Assembly (NCBI GenBank): GCA_965219095.1
Contig: CBDCMT010000001.1
Span: forward strand, 1,184,001 to 1,248,000
Direction: 5' to 3'
From: Bdellovibrionales bacterium
Lineage (GTDB): Bacteria > Bdellovibrionota > Bdellovibrionia > Bdellovibrionales > UBA1609
DNA length: 64,000 nt
Made by a program: the position numbers and the translations under genes
Shown here: positions 1 to 9,934 of the stretch, piece after piece
Layout: each line of letters starts with the position of its first letter
Numbering within the stretch: the first letter of the stretch is position 1
Notes under the pieces: model-generated
Database searches by the model: none
What the model was told of the DNA's origin: nothing
The model's input: only the letters and a program-made list of their open reading frames with translations

Positions 1-501
1 ATTAATAAGCTTTTAAAAAGTAGTTTGAGGCTACGCCCTGACCGAATCATAGTAGGCGAGGTAAGAGGTGCTGAAGTTTTAGATCTTATACAAGCTATGA
101 ACACAGGTCATAAGGGTTGTATGGGGACCATTCACGCAAACACAGCTTTAGACGCTCTTTTTAGAATGGAAGCTCTAGCTCAAGAAGCAAAAAACTCCTT
201 AAGCAAAGAAGTTTTAAGACATCAAATTTCAGAAGCATGCGATTTAATCATTCAACTGTCTCGATTCTCAGATGGTAAGAGAAGAGTTGTAGAGATAGTT
301 GAAGTTTTGAACTCACAATTTAGAGAAGGTTCATCAGTTTATAAAGTGAGAACTCTATTTAAGAGATCATCTTTAAAGAGAACAAAAGAAGGATCGCTTG
401 AGTCACAACTTGAACCCACAGGCGAGATTCCTTCTTTTATGCAAGAAATTAAAGACTTGAAAGCTTATTTTTCAGAAAAGTACTTCAAAAAAGCTTCTTA
501 A
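1..501 (+). CDS. cpaF: Tad/Flp pilus assembly ATPase CpaF/TadA, C-terminal part (5' truncated by window edge)
   Basis: LRLRPDRIIVGEVRGAE (Walker B/Asp box) and MNTGHKGCMGTIHAN (His box), typical of the CpaF family. Confidence 0.9.
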   Translation: MNKLLKSSLRLRPDRIIVGEVRGAEVLDLIQAMNTGHKGCMGTIHANTALDALFRMEALAQEAKNSLSKEVLRHQISEACDLIIQLSRFSDGKRRVVEIVEVLNSQFREGSSVYKVRTLFKRSSLKRTKEGSLESQLEPTGEIPSFMQEIKDLKAYFSEKYFKKAS

Positions 502-514
502 GTTATCTTGAACC

Positions 515-1642
515 TTAAAAAATTAACTGATAATAAGTTGATGAACCTTGTCCATAACGGGCTATAAAATTTTTATCCACTAAAGTTTTCAAGTTTGCTT
601 TGATTGTTCTTTCTGAGAAACCTGTTTCCCTAATAACATCTTTAGTTTGAATTTTTTCTTCTGCTTTTTCTTTAAAACATGTCAGAATTTTTACTGCTTT
701 ATAGGATAGCTTCTTAAAATCTTTAGCTTTTTTTGCATAAAAATCGATGTCAGCCATAGATTCCTTTAAGATTTTTATCATGTATTTAAGAAGGTGTTGA
801 AGATTATATTCTTTAGAATTTGATTTATACACCCCTCCTGAACACTGATTGAGAACAATATAATATTCTTCTTTATGTTTTTCTATATGTCGATCTATTG
901 CTAAATAAAAAGCAACTTTAGATAGTTTTTTATCTGGGCAATGAAGAAGAGACATTAAGAATAAAGCTCTCCCTAATCTTCCATTTCCATCTTGAAAGGG
1001 ATGAATGGCTAAAAAACGATAGACAAACTCTACTGCAACAGCTAAAGACCATGGTTCTTCTATAATAGCTTTATTGTACCATTGAATAAGCTCTTTCATT
1101 GCCATGCTTGTTTCTGTTCCCGGGGTTGCTGTCTTAAAAATATCTTTTTTTTCGCCAGTTTTATGATATTCAGCTATCACTGAGTTTGGTTTATCTTTGT
1201 AGGTGCCTTTTTTCATTCCTAATCTCTCGTCATATTGTAATAATTCTTGGTGTAAACCTCTAATTGTATGCTCTGTTAAAGGAAAATAGCTCTTAGCTTG
1301 TTCATAAATAAGTAACAGAACAGTTCTGCACCCAACTACTTCTTCTATGCTTCTTTGTCGATCTTTAGAAAGTTTATTTTCTATTTCTAACCTATGAGCT
1401 TCAAAGGCCGTCTTTTTACCATCTTTTCCAAGTATGGAATCCAACCAATCCACTTCACTGTCCGTTAAAATTGCATTTTCAATTCTTGTTGAAGCCCCCA
1501 CCATGCTAATCCAAGCATACCTATGAATAGACTCCTGTTCGTCTTTTGGTAAAAACTTTAAAAAGGTGAATTTCTCGGACATCAGCTCTTTAAGAGATAA
1601 AAGTTGCTTCACAGTTGGGTTATCTATTTGAAATGACAGCAT
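515..1642 (-). CDS. Fic-domain protein (class II-like) with C-terminal winged HTH
   Basis: Canonical HPFQDGNGRLGR motif; N-terminal STRIEN inhibitory motif; C-terminal wHTH ending GQGSSTYY. Confidence 0.92.
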   Translation of the reverse strand: MLSFQIDNPTVKQLLSLKELMSEKFTFLKFLPKDEQESIHRYAWISMVGASTRIENAILTDSEVDWLDSILGKDGKKTAFEAHRLEIENKLSKDRQRSIEEVVGCRTVLLLIYEQAKSYFPLTEHTIRGLHQELLQYDERLGMKKGTYKDKPNSVIAEYHKTGEKKDIFKTATPGTETSMAMKELIQWYNKAIIEEPWSLAVAVEFVYRFLAIHPFQDGNGRLGRALFLMSLLHCPDKKLSKVAFYLAIDRHIEKHKEEYYIVLNQCSGGVYKSNSKEYNLQHLLKYMIKILKESMADIDFYAKKAKDFKKLSYKAVKILTCFKEKAEEKIQTKDVIRETGFSERTIKANLKTLVDKNFIARYGQGSSTYYQLIF

Positions 1643-1656
1643 ATTTTCTATTATCT

Positions 1657-1717
1657 CATATCAGGCAATATCAGGCAATAAAATTTATAAATTTATTGCT
1701 CGATATTGCCTGATATG
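1657..1717. promoter_or_regulatory. Putative operator upstream of fic: tandem TCAGGCAATA repeats plus inverted copies
   Basis: CATATCAGGCAATATC (1657-1672) is the exact reverse complement of 1702-1717; 10-mer TCAGGCAATA at 1661 and 1671. Confidence 0.6.
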
Positions 1718-1793
1718 GATTAGAATGAGACTGTTATGGCGTTGTTGCGTAATTCTTCTTGAGAGCAGTTCTATTTTCATGATTTTTTAAGTT

Positions 1794-1839
1794 TTTTAAT
1801 ACCAATTACAGAAATTAATTTCTGTAATTGGTATTAAAA
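1794..1839. repeat. 46-bp perfect palindrome made of two fused IS630 terminal inverted repeats
   Basis: Perfect palindrome; arm TACCAATTACAGAAATTAATT is identical to the IS630 end at 27023. Confidence 0.85.
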
Positions 1840-1994
1840 CGTAATTATTGATATCCGTACAGGCTTTCTTGAATAACTCATCTCAAGTGGTTTTAAATTT
1901 GATTTAAGAATTTTATTCCTTTTCAAATCAAATTAAATTTGAGACATTTATTTAACAAAACCCATAACAACTATCGAAAGAAGTTTGTACGTTG

Positions 1995-2075
1995 TGGACT
2001 TTACTAAAAAAGTGGGGTCAAAATTAAAATATATGCTATGCGTTAATTTTAGCCCCGCTTTTTCAACACAGTCCA
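1995..2075. mobile_element. ~81-bp MITE with IS3-like TG...CA ends
   Basis: TGGACTTTACTAAAAAAGTGGGG / CCCCGCTTTTTCAACACAGTCCA imperfect IRs; related ends at ~21505, 57043-57067 and 63370. Confidence 0.55.
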
Positions 2076-2239
2076 TGGAGTTGATTGTTTTTACATCGAA
2101 CTTTAATAAATCATCTACAGTTAGGTTTTTTCTCAATGATTTACTTTTCTTGCTTGACTGCCTGGTCATCCATATGAGTTTTTTCATTAAATTTTCCAGT
2201 AAATCCCTTAAATAAAAGCCGAAAGAAAATAAGAAAGCT

Positions 2240-3292
2240 TCACTGTTTTATCAGAGAAGCTAATTTTTTATGCTTCTTACATCCAATAACAGAAAAGTCT
2301 CTCTTGTAAGGGTTTTTAATTTTTTTGAAGAAGTCTCTCTTGACTCTATAAATCATTTTTAAAGATTCTTCAACTTTATGAAAAATTTCTTTATTTTTTA
2401 AACTCTCTTCTACAGATGAAAAAACTTCTAGGGGGAACTTATCATCACAATAAAGTAAGAGATTGCAGCCAGCCTTCAAAGCTCTTAAAGGAATTTCTCT
2501 AAGCGGATAGTATAGACGAAGGGCTTTCATATTAAGGTCATCGGAGATTATAAGATCTTTGTACTCAAGGCTTTCTCTTAAAATATTTTTTAGAAATCGA
2601 GAAGAGAAAGTTACAGGGTTACAAGAGTCCACATTTTGAAATAAAATATGAGCTGTCATGATCATTTGAGAAAGTGGTTTCTTATAACAGAGAAGCTCTC
2701 TTTTTTTTAAATTTTCTAACCTCCTATTCTCTTTAGGAAGATTTTCATGACTATCAACTAAAGTATCTCCGTGTCCTGGGAAGTGTTTTGTACAACAAAA
2801 GATTTCAGCTTCCTTGTAGCCGTTTATAAGATTTTCAGCTAAAGAAAGCACTTTCTCGGGATTTTCTCCTAAAGAACGATCGCCAATGACTGTGTTCTGA
2901 GGATTGGTTCTCAGATCAAGACAAGGGGTGAAATTAAGGTTTAAACCTACAGACTGCATTTCTTTACCCATGAAAAAAGCCATCTCATAAGCTAGAGACT
3001 TGTCTTTTTTTTCAAGATGACTTAAAGATGGCCACTGGGTAAAGGGTTGTTTTAAACGATGAACTCTTCCCCCCTCCATATCCACACCGATCCAAAGGGG
3101 TTCAGAGGTAAGAGTTTTGAGTTTGCAGGAAAGTTTATAAATTTGTTCAGGGCTTTTAAGATTTCTTGAAAAAAGAATTACCCCTCCTATTTGTTTTTCT
3201 TCAATAAACTTTTCTTCTGAAGATTTAAGTTCATAGCCTTGAAGACCTGTAAAAAAAATTTGTCCCAGCTTATTGTTTTTTATCCAGGACAT
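2240..3292 (-). CDS. nagZ: Beta-N-acetylhexosaminidase (GH3, NagZ)
   Basis: GGVILFSRN, VDMEGGRV, KHFPGHGDT..DSH and SDDLNMKAL motifs. Confidence 0.92.
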   Translation of the reverse strand: MSWIKNNKLGQIFFTGLQGYELKSSEEKFIEEKQIGGVILFSRNLKSPEQIYKLSCKLKTLTSEPLWIGVDMEGGRVHRLKQPFTQWPSLSHLEKKDKSLAYEMAFFMGKEMQSVGLNLNFTPCLDLRTNPQNTVIGDRSLGENPEKVLSLAENLINGYKEAEIFCCTKHFPGHGDTLVDSHENLPKENRRLENLKKRELLCYKKPLSQMIMTAHILFQNVDSCNPVTFSSRFLKNILRESLEYKDLIISDDLNMKALRLYYPLREIPLRALKAGCNLLLYCDDKFPLEVFSSVEESLKNKEIFHKVEESLKMIYRVKRDFFKKIKNPYKRDFSVIGCKKHKKLASLIKQ

Positions 3293-4064
3293 CTCTCAAG
3301 CCCTCCCCCAACAAATTAAATCCCAAAACCAAAATCAAAATGGCTAATCCAGGAAAAAGACTGATATGAGGAGCTTCTAATAAAAATTCTCTTCCTGAAC
3401 TAAGAAGGTTCCCCCAGCTAGCCACTGTATCAGGAACTCCTAAACCTAAAAAACTTAAACTTGATTCCGCCACTACGATACCTCCTAGAGCTAAAGCCAT
3501 CTGAATCACCAAAAGCCCCATTAAATTAGGCCAAATGTGTTTTACTAAAGTCCTAAAAGGATGAAAGCCTAAAGCCACAGTACTTTGAACATACTCTTTT
3601 TCTTTTAAATGCAAAACTTCACCTCTCATCAGCCTTGCAAAACCAGCCCAAGAAGTCAGACACAAAGCTATGATGATATTCTTTGCAGAAGGTTCCAAAA
3701 CAGCCATGATAGCTAAAGCTAAGAGAAATCCTGGAAAAGCATAAAAAATATCAACTAAAATCATCAATATACGATCGCAATAACCTCCAAAATAGCCTGA
3801 TAGAGAGCCTAAAATAAGACCCAAAAAAGCTGTCAAAAAAACCACCATAAGAGAGATGCTTAAACTGGTACGTGCTCCATAAACAACTTGTGAGAAAACA
3901 TCTTTACCTTGTTCATCTTGTCCAAAAAAATGCTGTAAAGAAGGAGGGCGGTACCTTTCAGAAAGATTAATATCTTGAGGGTTGTGGTAAGTTAGAAGAG
4001 GAGCACATAAAGCGGCTAGAACGATAAAGCACACTAAAACTCCTCCTAACTTAAGTTTGTACAT
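3270..4064 (-). CDS. Peptide ABC transporter permease (DppC/OppC family)
   Basis: HFFGQDEQGKDVFSQVVYGARTSL and AESSLSFLGLG motifs; hydrophobic. Confidence 0.9.
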   Translation of the reverse strand: MYKLKLGGVLVCFIVLAALCAPLLTYHNPQDINLSERYRPPSLQHFFGQDEQGKDVFSQVVYGARTSLSISLMVVFLTAFLGLILGSLSGYFGGYCDRILMILVDIFYAFPGFLLALAIMAVLEPSAKNIIIALCLTSWAGFARLMRGEVLHLKEKEYVQSTVALGFHPFRTLVKHIWPNLMGLLVIQMALALGGIVVAESSLSFLGLGVPDTVASWGNLLSSGREFLLEAPHISLFPGLAILILVLGFNLLGEGLRDVLDKKQ

Positions 4065-4986
4065 TCTTGACTCCTACTTTTACACTAGGATTGATAAAAC
4101 CGTAGCTCAAATCTGTAATCAAATTAACGACTATATACAAAACTGAAATAAAAAGAACACAGCCTTGAACCAAAGGATAATCTCTTTGTTCAATACCTTC
4201 GAGTAAAAGAGTTCCTATACCCGGCCAATCAAAAATAGTTTCTGTAATTACAGTTCCTGTGATGAGAGCTGCGAGTTGGAGACCGAAAATGGTCACAATA
4301 GGAATGAGTGCATTTTTAAGAGCATGGCGAAAATAGATGCGAAAAAAAGGAAGTCCTTTAGCATAAGATGTTCTGATGTACTGTTCATTCAGTACATTTA
4401 AAAGAGAGATGCGAGTTACTCTCATCATCACAGCTCCTAAAGGGAGAGCTAAACTCAAAGTCGGTAAAATCAAATGTTCTAAACCTCCTCTTTCACTCAC
4501 AGGAAGAAGGTTTAATTTTATAGAAAAAAACCAAATCAGAACAGGAGCTAAAAAAATTCCCGGTATAGAAAGAACTAACATACTGTAAACCATTAAGATA
4601 TGATCGATGAAATGACCTTTTTTCACAGCACTCATAACTCCTAGAGGGATTCCTATTAACAAAGTAAGAAAAAGAGCTGCTAAACTGAGTTCTAATGTGG
4701 CTGGAAAGCGAGTGCGAATTTTTTCAGAAATTCTAGCACGACTGTATAGGGAGCGTCCTAAATCAAGATGAACTAATTTTTTTAAAAAACTTCCATACTG
4801 TTTGTAAAGAGGTAAATCCAAGCCAAACTCTTTTTGAAAAGCCTCTTTTTCTAAACTGCTAGTTCTATCCCCTAAAATAAGATCTGTAGGATCTCCTGGA
4901 ATCAAATGAATCACAAAAAAACAAATAGTCACAATTCCTAAAGTAACAGGGATGACAGACAACAGTCTTTTAAGCCAATAGTTCAA
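4051..4986 (-). CDS. Peptide ABC transporter permease (DppB/OppB family)
   Basis: IPGDP, LDLGRS, FPATLEL, HALKNALIP and RDYPLVQG motifs. Confidence 0.9.
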   Translation of the reverse strand: MNYWLKRLLSVIPVTLGIVTICFFVIHLIPGDPTDLILGDRTSSLEKEAFQKEFGLDLPLYKQYGSFLKKLVHLDLGRSLYSRARISEKIRTRFPATLELSLAALFLTLLIGIPLGVMSAVKKGHFIDHILMVYSMLVLSIPGIFLAPVLIWFFSIKLNLLPVSERGGLEHLILPTLSLALPLGAVMMRVTRISLLNVLNEQYIRTSYAKGLPFFRIYFRHALKNALIPIVTIFGLQLAALITGTVITETIFDWPGIGTLLLEGIEQRDYPLVQGCVLFISVLYIVVNLITDLSYGFINPSVKVGVKNVQT

Positions 4987-5744
4987 AAACGATCCTCCTC
5001 CTCCCTAGAGAGCAGGTGAAGGGAATGAATGTGGCCTGAGGGTATGTTTTTGAAGACTTTCTTGAGTTCTCTCATAGGAAGTTTTTCTTTCACAAAATCA
5101 AGAGAAGAAAGAAGTTGGAGTTTGAGATCAAAGACAGAAAATTTCACCTCTAAGACCTCTCCTAAGGGAGTAAGTTTAAGCTTTTGGCTTAAACTTTCTG
5201 AACTTTTGATCCAAAAAAAAGGCCTTGTAGGCTTTAATTGTCCTTTGATTATTTTTGCTTTTCTTTCTGAAAAAACTTCGTATTCATACATTGTAGATAA
5301 GGAAGAGTTTTTATGTTGTTCTACCCAAGAGTTTATGACAAAAGAACTCAAAAGAAGCGGTTTAGAGAAAACTTTTGACAAAAATTTTTTTTCTCCTTCC
5401 TTTCTTCCTTGAAATCCTTTAAAATGCCACTTTTTTTTCTTCAAAAAAAATTGTCCTTGAGATAAGAATACCTTTTGACCTTGCTTTCTTATGTCTTCAT
5501 AAGAGAGGGCTTGTAAAAGCTTATTTGAACGGGACTTTAAGATTTCTGTGAAAGGTTTTTTCCCAGGAAAATGAAGCTTTGAATAAGTAGTCCATTGAAA
5601 GCCGTAGCTTTTCTTTTCATAGCGACTTACACTAAAGCCTATGGGTTTTTGGTCTAAAAGGATGTGATAGTAAGCTTCAAAAAGAACCTCTGAAAAAGAG
5701 GACGTAGAAAATATAAAAATAACCCAAAAGATCAAGACTTTCAT
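4983..5744 (-). CDS. Hypothetical exported protein, first gene of the dppBC-nagZ unit
   Basis: Signal-peptide-like N-terminus; 4-nt overlap with the permease gene. Confidence 0.65.
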   Translation of the reverse strand: MKVLIFWVIFIFSTSSFSEVLFEAYYHILLDQKPIGFSVSRYEKKSYGFQWTTYSKLHFPGKKPFTEILKSRSNKLLQALSYEDIRKQGQKVFLSQGQFFLKKKKWHFKGFQGRKEGEKKFLSKVFSKPLLLSSFVINSWVEQHKNSSLSTMYEYEVFSERKAKIIKGQLKPTRPFFWIKSSESLSQKLKLTPLGEVLEVKFSVFDLKLQLLSSLDFVKEKLPMRELKKVFKNIPSGHIHSLHLLSREEEDRF

Positions 5745-5812
5745 CTTTACTTTAGTATGCTTGAAGCCTAGAGATCTGTCAAATAAGGTAAAAAAAAGAT
5801 AAAATAAACTTA

Positions 5813-7915
5813 ATGAATATCAAAAAATCAAAAGGTCAACTGAGTATATTCGTGGTTCTTATTTTTCAAATTATCTTTGTTTTATTTGCTATGACCGTTA
5901 ACATAAGTCTTGTAATCTATGATAAGATCAATTTACAAAATGCTGTGGATCTTTCAGCCTATTATGTGGCTCAGAAGCAAGCTGAAATTTTAAATGTTGT
6001 TGCTCATCAAAATTATCAAATCCGTCAAGCTTGGAAGCTTTTGTCTTTTCGCTATAGAGTTTTAGGAACTTTAGGTCTCAATGATCATCCCGTAGAATTC
6101 CCCAATATCAATTATCTTGAAGAACCATTTGATCCTGTACCTACAATTTGTATTTCTAATTCGTATTGGAATAATACTAAAGATGGTGCCAGCGAAGAAT
6201 GTCAAAAAGTTCTATTCAAACTTCCTCCCCTCCCTAGGCTTGTCCCTATAGCACCTACACCCTATGTTATAGCCGCTCAACTCATAAACGAACGGAATTT
6301 ACAAAACTATGAAGATGCTTGTAAAAGGACAAAAGGGCTTAATTGGTATTTTATGGCTCGTATTCTGTCTTCTTTTCGCATAGATCAAAGAAACAGACGA
6401 AGGGTCATTAACAGTATGGCAGAACTTTTAAAAAACAATCATTTCACAGAACTTGAAGGAGTCTCTGTTTTAGAGGGAGCAAGAAAAACATTTTTAAAAA
6501 ATTTAAGTGAAAAAAATAGAGAAGGTTTTGAAACAACTGAGACTTTGCAAGGAACGGAAAAATTTGTCATTTTAAATTCCCTTCAGGGCTTAGAGCCTCA
6601 TGAGTGGCTTGTCCCTATTAAAGTAGAACCCCTTGTTTATTTCAGTGAACTTAGTAAAGTTACCCGAAATGTAGGTGTTGCTTGTGATACGTACCTTAAA
6701 AACAATAATGACAATTTTTCTTTAGATGAAGATGTAAGAGACGATCTTAATCTTACTCAAGCAGATGTTAACTCTCTTAAAGAATGGTCTCTCACACATG
6801 TATCAAATAATTCTAATATAGGTTTTTTAGATTTCACTTTAGGTGTGGAAAAAAACCCTTGGCTTGTGGTCTATTCAGCAACAGCAGCTCTTTTTAAATC
6901 ACGTCCTATTTTCACTCCTTTTGGAGAAAAACAAATCACTTTGAGAGCACGTGGTTTTGCTAAACCTTTTGGAGGAAGAATAGGGCCTTGGGCCTATACG
7001 GCTTGGCCTACTTATAGTCAAGAATCTCAAGGAGGGAACCCTACAGAAAGTGTGATTAAAGTAAGAACTGATATTGGTGCAGCAGGTACTTTCGATCCTA
7101 ACGATAGGAACAACTATCAAGCCTTTTTACCTAACTTTTCACGTTATCCAGGAGACCGGTTAGGACTTCGATCAAAAAAGGCTCTCTCTGATTTTAAGAT
7201 AGAATCAAGGGATTTGTTTTTATCTCACTACAGCTTTACGCACTTTCAAGAAAACATTGCTAATGATTTAATAGCACATCAGGTGAGACTACCTAACAGA
7301 TCCCCTGTTAACATACCCTTAGGAGAACTTACAAATAACAGAAAGTTAGAGATCGCAGCTATCCGCCCTAATCTTTTTGACATTTATTATTATTCTATTA
7401 TGAATAACTTTGGGCAGTCTTATTTGCAGAAAATGAGAAAAAACAGAGATATTTTAAATTTAGGAGGAATTCCTTTAAGAGGTGACCTTATAGCAAGAGA
7501 CTTGACTTTTGAGGAGGTCTTAAGTGTTAAAGATCAACTTCATCTTTTGTATACAAAAGTTATTCATAAACCTGATAGAATTTCTTATATGATCAATGAT
7601 GGTGACTGGACTAAGTTACTCACTGACTGGACTTCTTCTCAATTCAATCAGTATAAAACAGCATCCCAAGAAGAAGGTTTTATGAGATGTGATCATAGAG
7701 AGCTTGAAGAAAGAAGGGGAAATCTCGTTCTTTTCCATAGAAATGAAAACATCACATTACCTCATAGCTGTATCGGACCTGGTCGCTCTGGTTACTCCGT
7801 TAAATTTGTATCAAAGCATTTTCTTAATTCTAACCAACATAGCTTAGGGGGGGATTACCTTGGACAAGGTACTCTTCTTAATCCTCCGCAGAAGTTCAAA
7901 CATCTCGGATTTTGA
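5813..7915 (+). CDS. Tad/Flp pilus-associated protein (TadG/TadE-like N-terminus)
   Basis: KSKGQLSIF prepilin-like site, TM helix, then INLQNAVDLSAY Tad motif. Confidence 0.8.
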   Translation: MNIKKSKGQLSIFVVLIFQIIFVLFAMTVNISLVIYDKINLQNAVDLSAYYVAQKQAEILNVVAHQNYQIRQAWKLLSFRYRVLGTLGLNDHPVEFPNINYLEEPFDPVPTICISNSYWNNTKDGASEECQKVLFKLPPLPRLVPIAPTPYVIAAQLINERNLQNYEDACKRTKGLNWYFMARILSSFRIDQRNRRRVINSMAELLKNNHFTELEGVSVLEGARKTFLKNLSEKNREGFETTETLQGTEKFVILNSLQGLEPHEWLVPIKVEPLVYFSELSKVTRNVGVACDTYLKNNNDNFSLDEDVRDDLNLTQADVNSLKEWSLTHVSNNSNIGFLDFTLGVEKNPWLVVYSATAALFKSRPIFTPFGEKQITLRARGFAKPFGGRIGPWAYTAWPTYSQESQGGNPTESVIKVRTDIGAAGTFDPNDRNNYQAFLPNFSRYPGDRLGLRSKKALSDFKIESRDLFLSHYSFTHFQENIANDLIAHQVRLPNRSPVNIPLGELTNNRKLEIAAIRPNLFDIYYYSIMNNFGQSYLQKMRKNRDILNLGGIPLRGDLIARDLTFEEVLSVKDQLHLLYTKVIHKPDRISYMINDGDWTKLLTDWTSSQFNQYKTASQEEGFMRCDHRELEERRGNLVLFHRNENITLPHSCIGPGRSGYSVKFVSKHFLNSNQHSLGGDYLGQGTLLNPPQKFKHLGF

Positions 7916-7941
7916 AGGAGTTAAGATCTTTTTCTAAATTA

Positions 7942-8820
7942 GTCGAATGTGAAAAATGCACAAACAGCTAAAAACACTTGTTTTTTTGTAATTTTTGCAT
8001 AAAAATAATTGCAAGGAAGTGGAAAAACAGATAAAAAACCTTGCAAAACAGAAAGGAAAAAAGATGAGGCCAAAAGACATGTTCAGCACACAAAAGAGAA
8101 GCCCTCTTAATTTTAGAGTAAACGACATTGTTCATAAGAACCATCCGCTTGTCATTTTAGCTAATAACCCGAGTTTCGACTTTTTTCAAGACTAAAGGCT
8201 AGCTGATATAAACAAACATCAAATTAAATATAGAAAATAAATTGATTCCCTTAATTGATTCCCTTATTTGACAAGTTGATGTTAAAAAACGTTCTGTTGT
8301 GGAGGTCAGTGATTGGAGTGTTAAAAGGAGAGTTTCATCTTGAGCATTCTCGCCATCGTAGCCCACAAAACTTTGTCATCAATCTTTTAGGTACTCTCAT
8401 CTCGTACTTACTTAAAACCTAAAAAACCCTCCATTCAACTTAGAACTCAAGAACAGAGGCCTCTGAAAAATATATAAAAGTCAAAACTCGGGTTAATAAA
8501 ATAGACTGGGATCGTTTTGATAAAGTTTTTGGTTCGAAGTATGATGAAAAAAAAGGTCGTCCAGGTCTTTCAACTCGTTTAATGGTGGGACTTCAGTGCT
8601 TGAAATACATTTATAATTTAAGTGACGAGAAGACAATAGAAATGTTCAAAGAGAGTCCTCAATGGCAGTATTTTTGTGGCCAGCCTTTTTATTCTTATGA
8701 AGATCCCTGTGATAGAAGTTCATTGACTAACTGGAGAAAGAGGATGGGGGCTGAGAAGATAGAAGTTCTCTTAGAGGAAACCATTGATTTAGCTTTGAGA
8801 GAGGGTTTTGTAAAAAAAAA
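7942..8820 (+). mobile_element. IS5-family element, 5' half; interrupted by an IS982 MITE and truncated by an ISL3 end
   Basis: Near-identical to the reverse complement of 22663-24221; end GTCGAATGTGAAAAA. Confidence 0.85.
8167..8493 (+). mobile_element. IS982-derived internally deleted element (MITE)
   Basis: IRs ACCCGAGTTT/AAACTCGGGT; TAATA duplicated on both flanks; encodes remnant EHSRHRSPQNFVINLL..KPKKPSI (IS982 C-terminus). Confidence 0.8.
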
Positions 8821-8903
8821 GGCTCCTCCCGGGAATCTGTGGGTGAAAAGTAGCTAGAAATCCCCCAAAAAGGCTCATATTAATCAAAGCAAGAGTAAGA
8901 CAT
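8821..8903 (+). mobile_element. ISL3 left-end fragment
   Basis: GGCTCCTCCCGGGAATCTGTGGG matches the ISL3 ends at 34342 and 61644. Confidence 0.85.
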
Positions 8904-9270
8904 AGCTTTGCAACTCAAGCCCTCATTGTGACAAGAGACTTATCAGCTGTACAAGCCAGTCTTGGCCATACAGATCAACAAGTAACTCAAAAATATGCAA
9001 AAACTGTGGCTTTGCTAGAGAGTAATACTGTGAAAAGGTAGCAGATTTTCTCAAAATCAAATAAAGGCTGTGCAATCACGAATCAATCACAAACAACCTT
9101 TGTTTATTTTGTTCTGAGAAAAAAAGAAAACTTTTACTGATTTTGTCTCTCAAAAAATCACGAACACATCGTAAAAAGCCTCTAAAGAAATTTATCAGGA
9201 AGAGTTAAGTTACTGAAAAAAAAGACTTTTTTCGTCTTGAAAAAAGTCTTTCTGGAAAGATTGGTAGAGA
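8896..9270 (+). mobile_element. Partial copy C of the integrase-ankyrin element (integrase 3' end plus element terminus)
   Basis: Reverse complement of ~49951-50338; encodes HSFATQAL..LGHTDQQVTQKY. Confidence 0.88.
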
Positions 9271-9474
9271 CAAGTCAGAACTATCACAGTTTATCAATGA
9301 ATCTCTAGACCTTAGTTGATCTCAGAGGATCAGCGTGCAACAAAGCCCTCCTCAACAATAAATTATCATTTTTCTATGTCGCATCTTCTCATAAATTTCC
9401 ATTTCTAAAGTTAACTAATAGTCAATTTCTCATAGTAGCTTACTTGATAGATTAGAGATTGACAAGGAGGCAGT

Positions 9475-9687
9475 ATGAAAAATGATCCCTATAGGATGTT
9501 TAAATTAAAATTAAAAAAAGCGATTTCAAAAGAGTACCCTACTATTGAAAAGTTTTGTTTTGAAAATGATATCCATAAATCAACTATTTCAAGGCTTTTG
9601 TCTGGTAAAAGGACAGAGTTTAAAATTAAGACTCTTCAAAAAATTGCAAAGGCTATTAAGAAAAAACTTGTGATTAATGTAAAGTAG
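9475..9687 (+). CDS. XRE-family HTH transcriptional regulator
   Basis: IHKSTISRLLSG..LQKIAKAI; AAGGAGG Shine-Dalgarno. Confidence 0.8.
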   Translation: MKNDPYRMFKLKLKKAISKEYPTIEKFCFENDIHKSTISRLLSGKRTEFKIKTLQKIAKAIKKKLVINVK

Positions 9688-9934
9688 AGTTTTTTTAAAC
9701 TCTAGAACAAGATTGCTTGCGGTCTTTTTATACTAAGGGTCTTTAAATTTTTCCCTTCCTCTTTTGATACTAGTCGTTCGTGAAAAATGGCCGTGAAAAA
9801 GTTAGCTAGTAATGACTTGCTTTTTGTGATCCCTTACTGGAAATAGTTGTAAGAAAAGAAAAACTTTTTTATTAAGATGAGTTCTCTATAAAAGAAGCCT
9901 AGAGATTTTTTTTTTAAATTTCAAATCTTTCTAG

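Noticed and set aside
1948..2215. Two overlapping small ORFs
   Set aside because: They span a MITE and a repeat half-copy and show no protein motif.
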